64,000 nucleotides of DNA. Origin: Camelus dromedarius (taxonomy: Eukaryota). A program made the translations under genes and the position numbers. Below, one piece after another: positions 61,488 through 64,000 of this stretch. Each line of letters opens with the position of its first letter. Position 1 is the first letter of the stretch. Below the pieces are notes generated by a model. That model did not search any database. It saw only the letters and a program-made list of their open reading frames with translations, and was not told where the DNA came from. Location of the stretch: positions 15,564,001 to 15,628,000 of the forward strand of contig NC_087437.1 of NCBI RefSeq assembly GCF_036321535.1. Reading direction: 5' to 3'.

Positions 61488-64000
61488 CTGGAAACACAGG
61501 GAGGCTCAGCCAGCGGCCGAGACCGGCTGACAGGGCTGCCCAGCCCAGGCCTCCCTGTCTCTCTGAGGAGCTGGGACTGTCTGGCCTTCAAAATGATTCC
61601 CAGACTGAAACCCTGCTCTCAGGAGCTAGATCTCCTAGAAGGGTTCCTTGGTCAGACCGGTTTGGGAACCGAGGCGACTCCTCACTGGGAACAGAAGTCA
61701 GCAGTGAAGAAACTGGCTTCACCTCAATGAGCTCAGCAGCCCCAGACGGACTGATGACGGAGCCCCTTCTCCCCACCACGTAGTTTCCTGCAGCTTCCCC
61801 GCCAGCTGTTCCGGGAATGAGTTCTCTTCCTCCCTCGCCCACGGTCAGCTGGAGACTGACCACATGCACCTCAAGGGCAGTCGCCCAAGATACTGTGTGG
61901 AGGCCCCTGAGGGAGGCTGGGCCTCAGAATCACTTACGGACGTCCAGCCTTTCTCAGAAGGAGCCTGGACCCGGGACAGCCCCAGGGAGCTGCTGCACGG
62001 CTAACCGACCAGCGGTCAGACCCATCGATCGATGGACGAATGGGCAGCAAACCCCTGTCCCAGCCCAGAAAAGAGCCCAGGCTCTGGCTGAGTCTTCCTT
62101 ACTCAAGGCCCTCTGACCTAAATCAGCCAAGCTGGGTGGGAGGACAGGGAGAGGGTGAGGAGAGGATGGGGCCAAAGGGACCCTGAGCCCCTAACTCAAG
62201 TGGACCAACTCTCAGCCTGCATGTCAGAAGCCTCCGGGTGCTGGGTGCGTGAGGGGTGCAGGTGGGGCCCCAGGATATGACACCAAGCCTGGGAAGAGCA
62301 CAGAAACGTGGGGGTGTGCCTGGTGGGGCTGTGCAAGGCCTGGGTTTCAGTCGGGCCAACCTCCAGCAACCTCTTGGCCTCAGGAACGTATCTGTGGGGA
62401 GACTGGGGGAGTGAATGAGATGGTGGGTCACGTGGGAAAGTCAGTGTCACTGATTCCCGGGGGGATGCAGGGTGGCGGGTCCTCTGCTGGCAAGTGCAGG
62501 ATCAGAGGTATGAAGCCACTGTGCCCAGTGTGGGGCTGCGCCCACATGCATCCATATACCCCCGAGGACTGTGAGAGTCCCGTTACTCGGTGCTATAGAC
62601 CCCAGAGATGTGGTGAGAGGGTGAGGATGGGGTGTCACCACCAGCTCTGGCCGGAGCTGCTCCACGACCCCCTCTGGGCAGCACTGGATGTGACATAGTG
62701 CCAGCTGGTTAGGGACCTGGTCACCGTCAGGCCACAGAGGGGCTCCCAGGCACTAGCCAAGTTCAGCCCTCAGAGGCAGGCCACATGCATTTTCCCTCTG
62801 CTGAAAAGCCCCTTCCTTTAGGACCCAGGCCTCCTTCCTTCTCGACCTCAGACTGGGTTTGGCCACCTCTCTCTGTCCCCTGGGTCCCTCTTAGGAGGAG
62901 GGGTGAGGGAGGGGCCTTGGTCCCTTTGACCTGAAGCCTCGGACACGTCCAGGATCCGAGGCTGTTCCTCTCCTAGGAGGGAGCAGAGCGTGTGGTGGGC
63001 AGGCAGGTGGTGCACACCCCACTGTGAGGCTGTGGCCTCACCCAGCAACCTAGCCTTTTCTTTCTTCACTTTCTGCTCTTCCACAAAGACCAAAACAGTC
63101 CCTGGACCCCTGCCCCCACCCTTCCGTCCCGCACGGTCTTACACCGGAGCGCCCTTAAAGCCCTGCACCATCGGGGCTCACTCGGCTGCTCCCGGAGCTG
63201 GGATTTTTTTGCCTCCATCACTCAGATCACCATCAGGGCCTCTCCTGGGCCCAGCCAGCCCCTCAGAAGGGAGTGGGGACACCTGAGCAGCCCTGCTGAG
63301 ATTCCCCCTCTCAGTGTCCTCTCCCCTCTCGGGACTCTGGCTCCTGTCACCCTCTGACAAGGGCCGTCACGGGGACTTAAGTGGGTATGAAGTGGACTTA
63401 CACATTTAACAAGCTTCAGCTCTGCAAACGAGGCCTCCCCTGCCCCCATTTCCAAGAAGGATGGCATTTCTAAAATGGGACTGAAAACTCTATTATTAGT
63501 TCTACCCTTTTTGGGTTCCATCTTACAATATCTGAACATTAAAAATACCCGTAATGATTTATGCCTCATTAAATTTACCTTTGGAACAGATTCTATAAGA
63601 TTCAAATATGATTTGGCATAAATACATTTAAAACACCAGTGGCATTAACTAGATTATTCTAATTTTAAACCAAAACAATGGGAAGATGTACCAAACTGCA
63701 CTAAACCTTAGACGCCATCTGGTCTACTGAGGGGGAAACTGGGATCCAGGGAAGGTGAGTGAGGACCAGAAGCAGGACTGGAGCCCGGGTCATCTATCAC
63801 CCATTCCGGGCGTCTTTCTCTGCCCTGCTCTGCTTATTCACACGTCTCCTGCCTTTCAGAGGCTTGGCATTCCATTTGAAGTTAACACAATTCTGCGTCC
63901 TGCTTTTAGTGTTTCCCATAATGGGCTGCCTTGTTATTGCTGGGGTTTATGCTCCAGCTCTGGGATCCCGTCTGGTGTGTAAGCTGTTTTACTTCTCCAC

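Noticed and set aside
45732..63982. Many 100-226 aa ORFs in KY introns
   Set aside because: Pro/Gly/Ser/Arg-rich, overlapping on both strands, and expected from stop-codon scarcity in GC-rich DNA.
61488..64000. Next upstream KY exon
   Set aside because: I found no sequence matching the expected upstream peptide; it probably lies just beyond the window.

Overview
Mammalian genomic DNA, most likely from a camelid, inferred from five tRNA-Ala-derived vic-1-type SINE copies. The window holds the 3' ends of two convergent protein-coding genes. CEP63 (+ strand) has nine coding exons between 10299 and 26341 that splice in frame to the C-terminal 518 aa. KY, kyphoscoliosis peptidase (- strand), has six coding exons between 61487 and 44698 giving about 528 aa with an intact Cys-His-Asp triad and a probable 3.5 kb 3'UTR. 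Introns and the intergenic spacer contain decayed L1, L2, MIR and hAT elements. Most short ORFs in the supplied track are L1 remnants or chance ORFs in GC-rich DNA. I found no new protein-coding system. The most unexpected structures are a roughly 160-bp-arm inverted repeat at 32971-33671, a near-consensus CTCF site inside the KY 3'UTR, and a head-only tRNA-SINE with a perfect TSD next to a CEP63 exon. Gene and repeat-family names come from recognition, not from a database search, and repeat boundaries are approximate.
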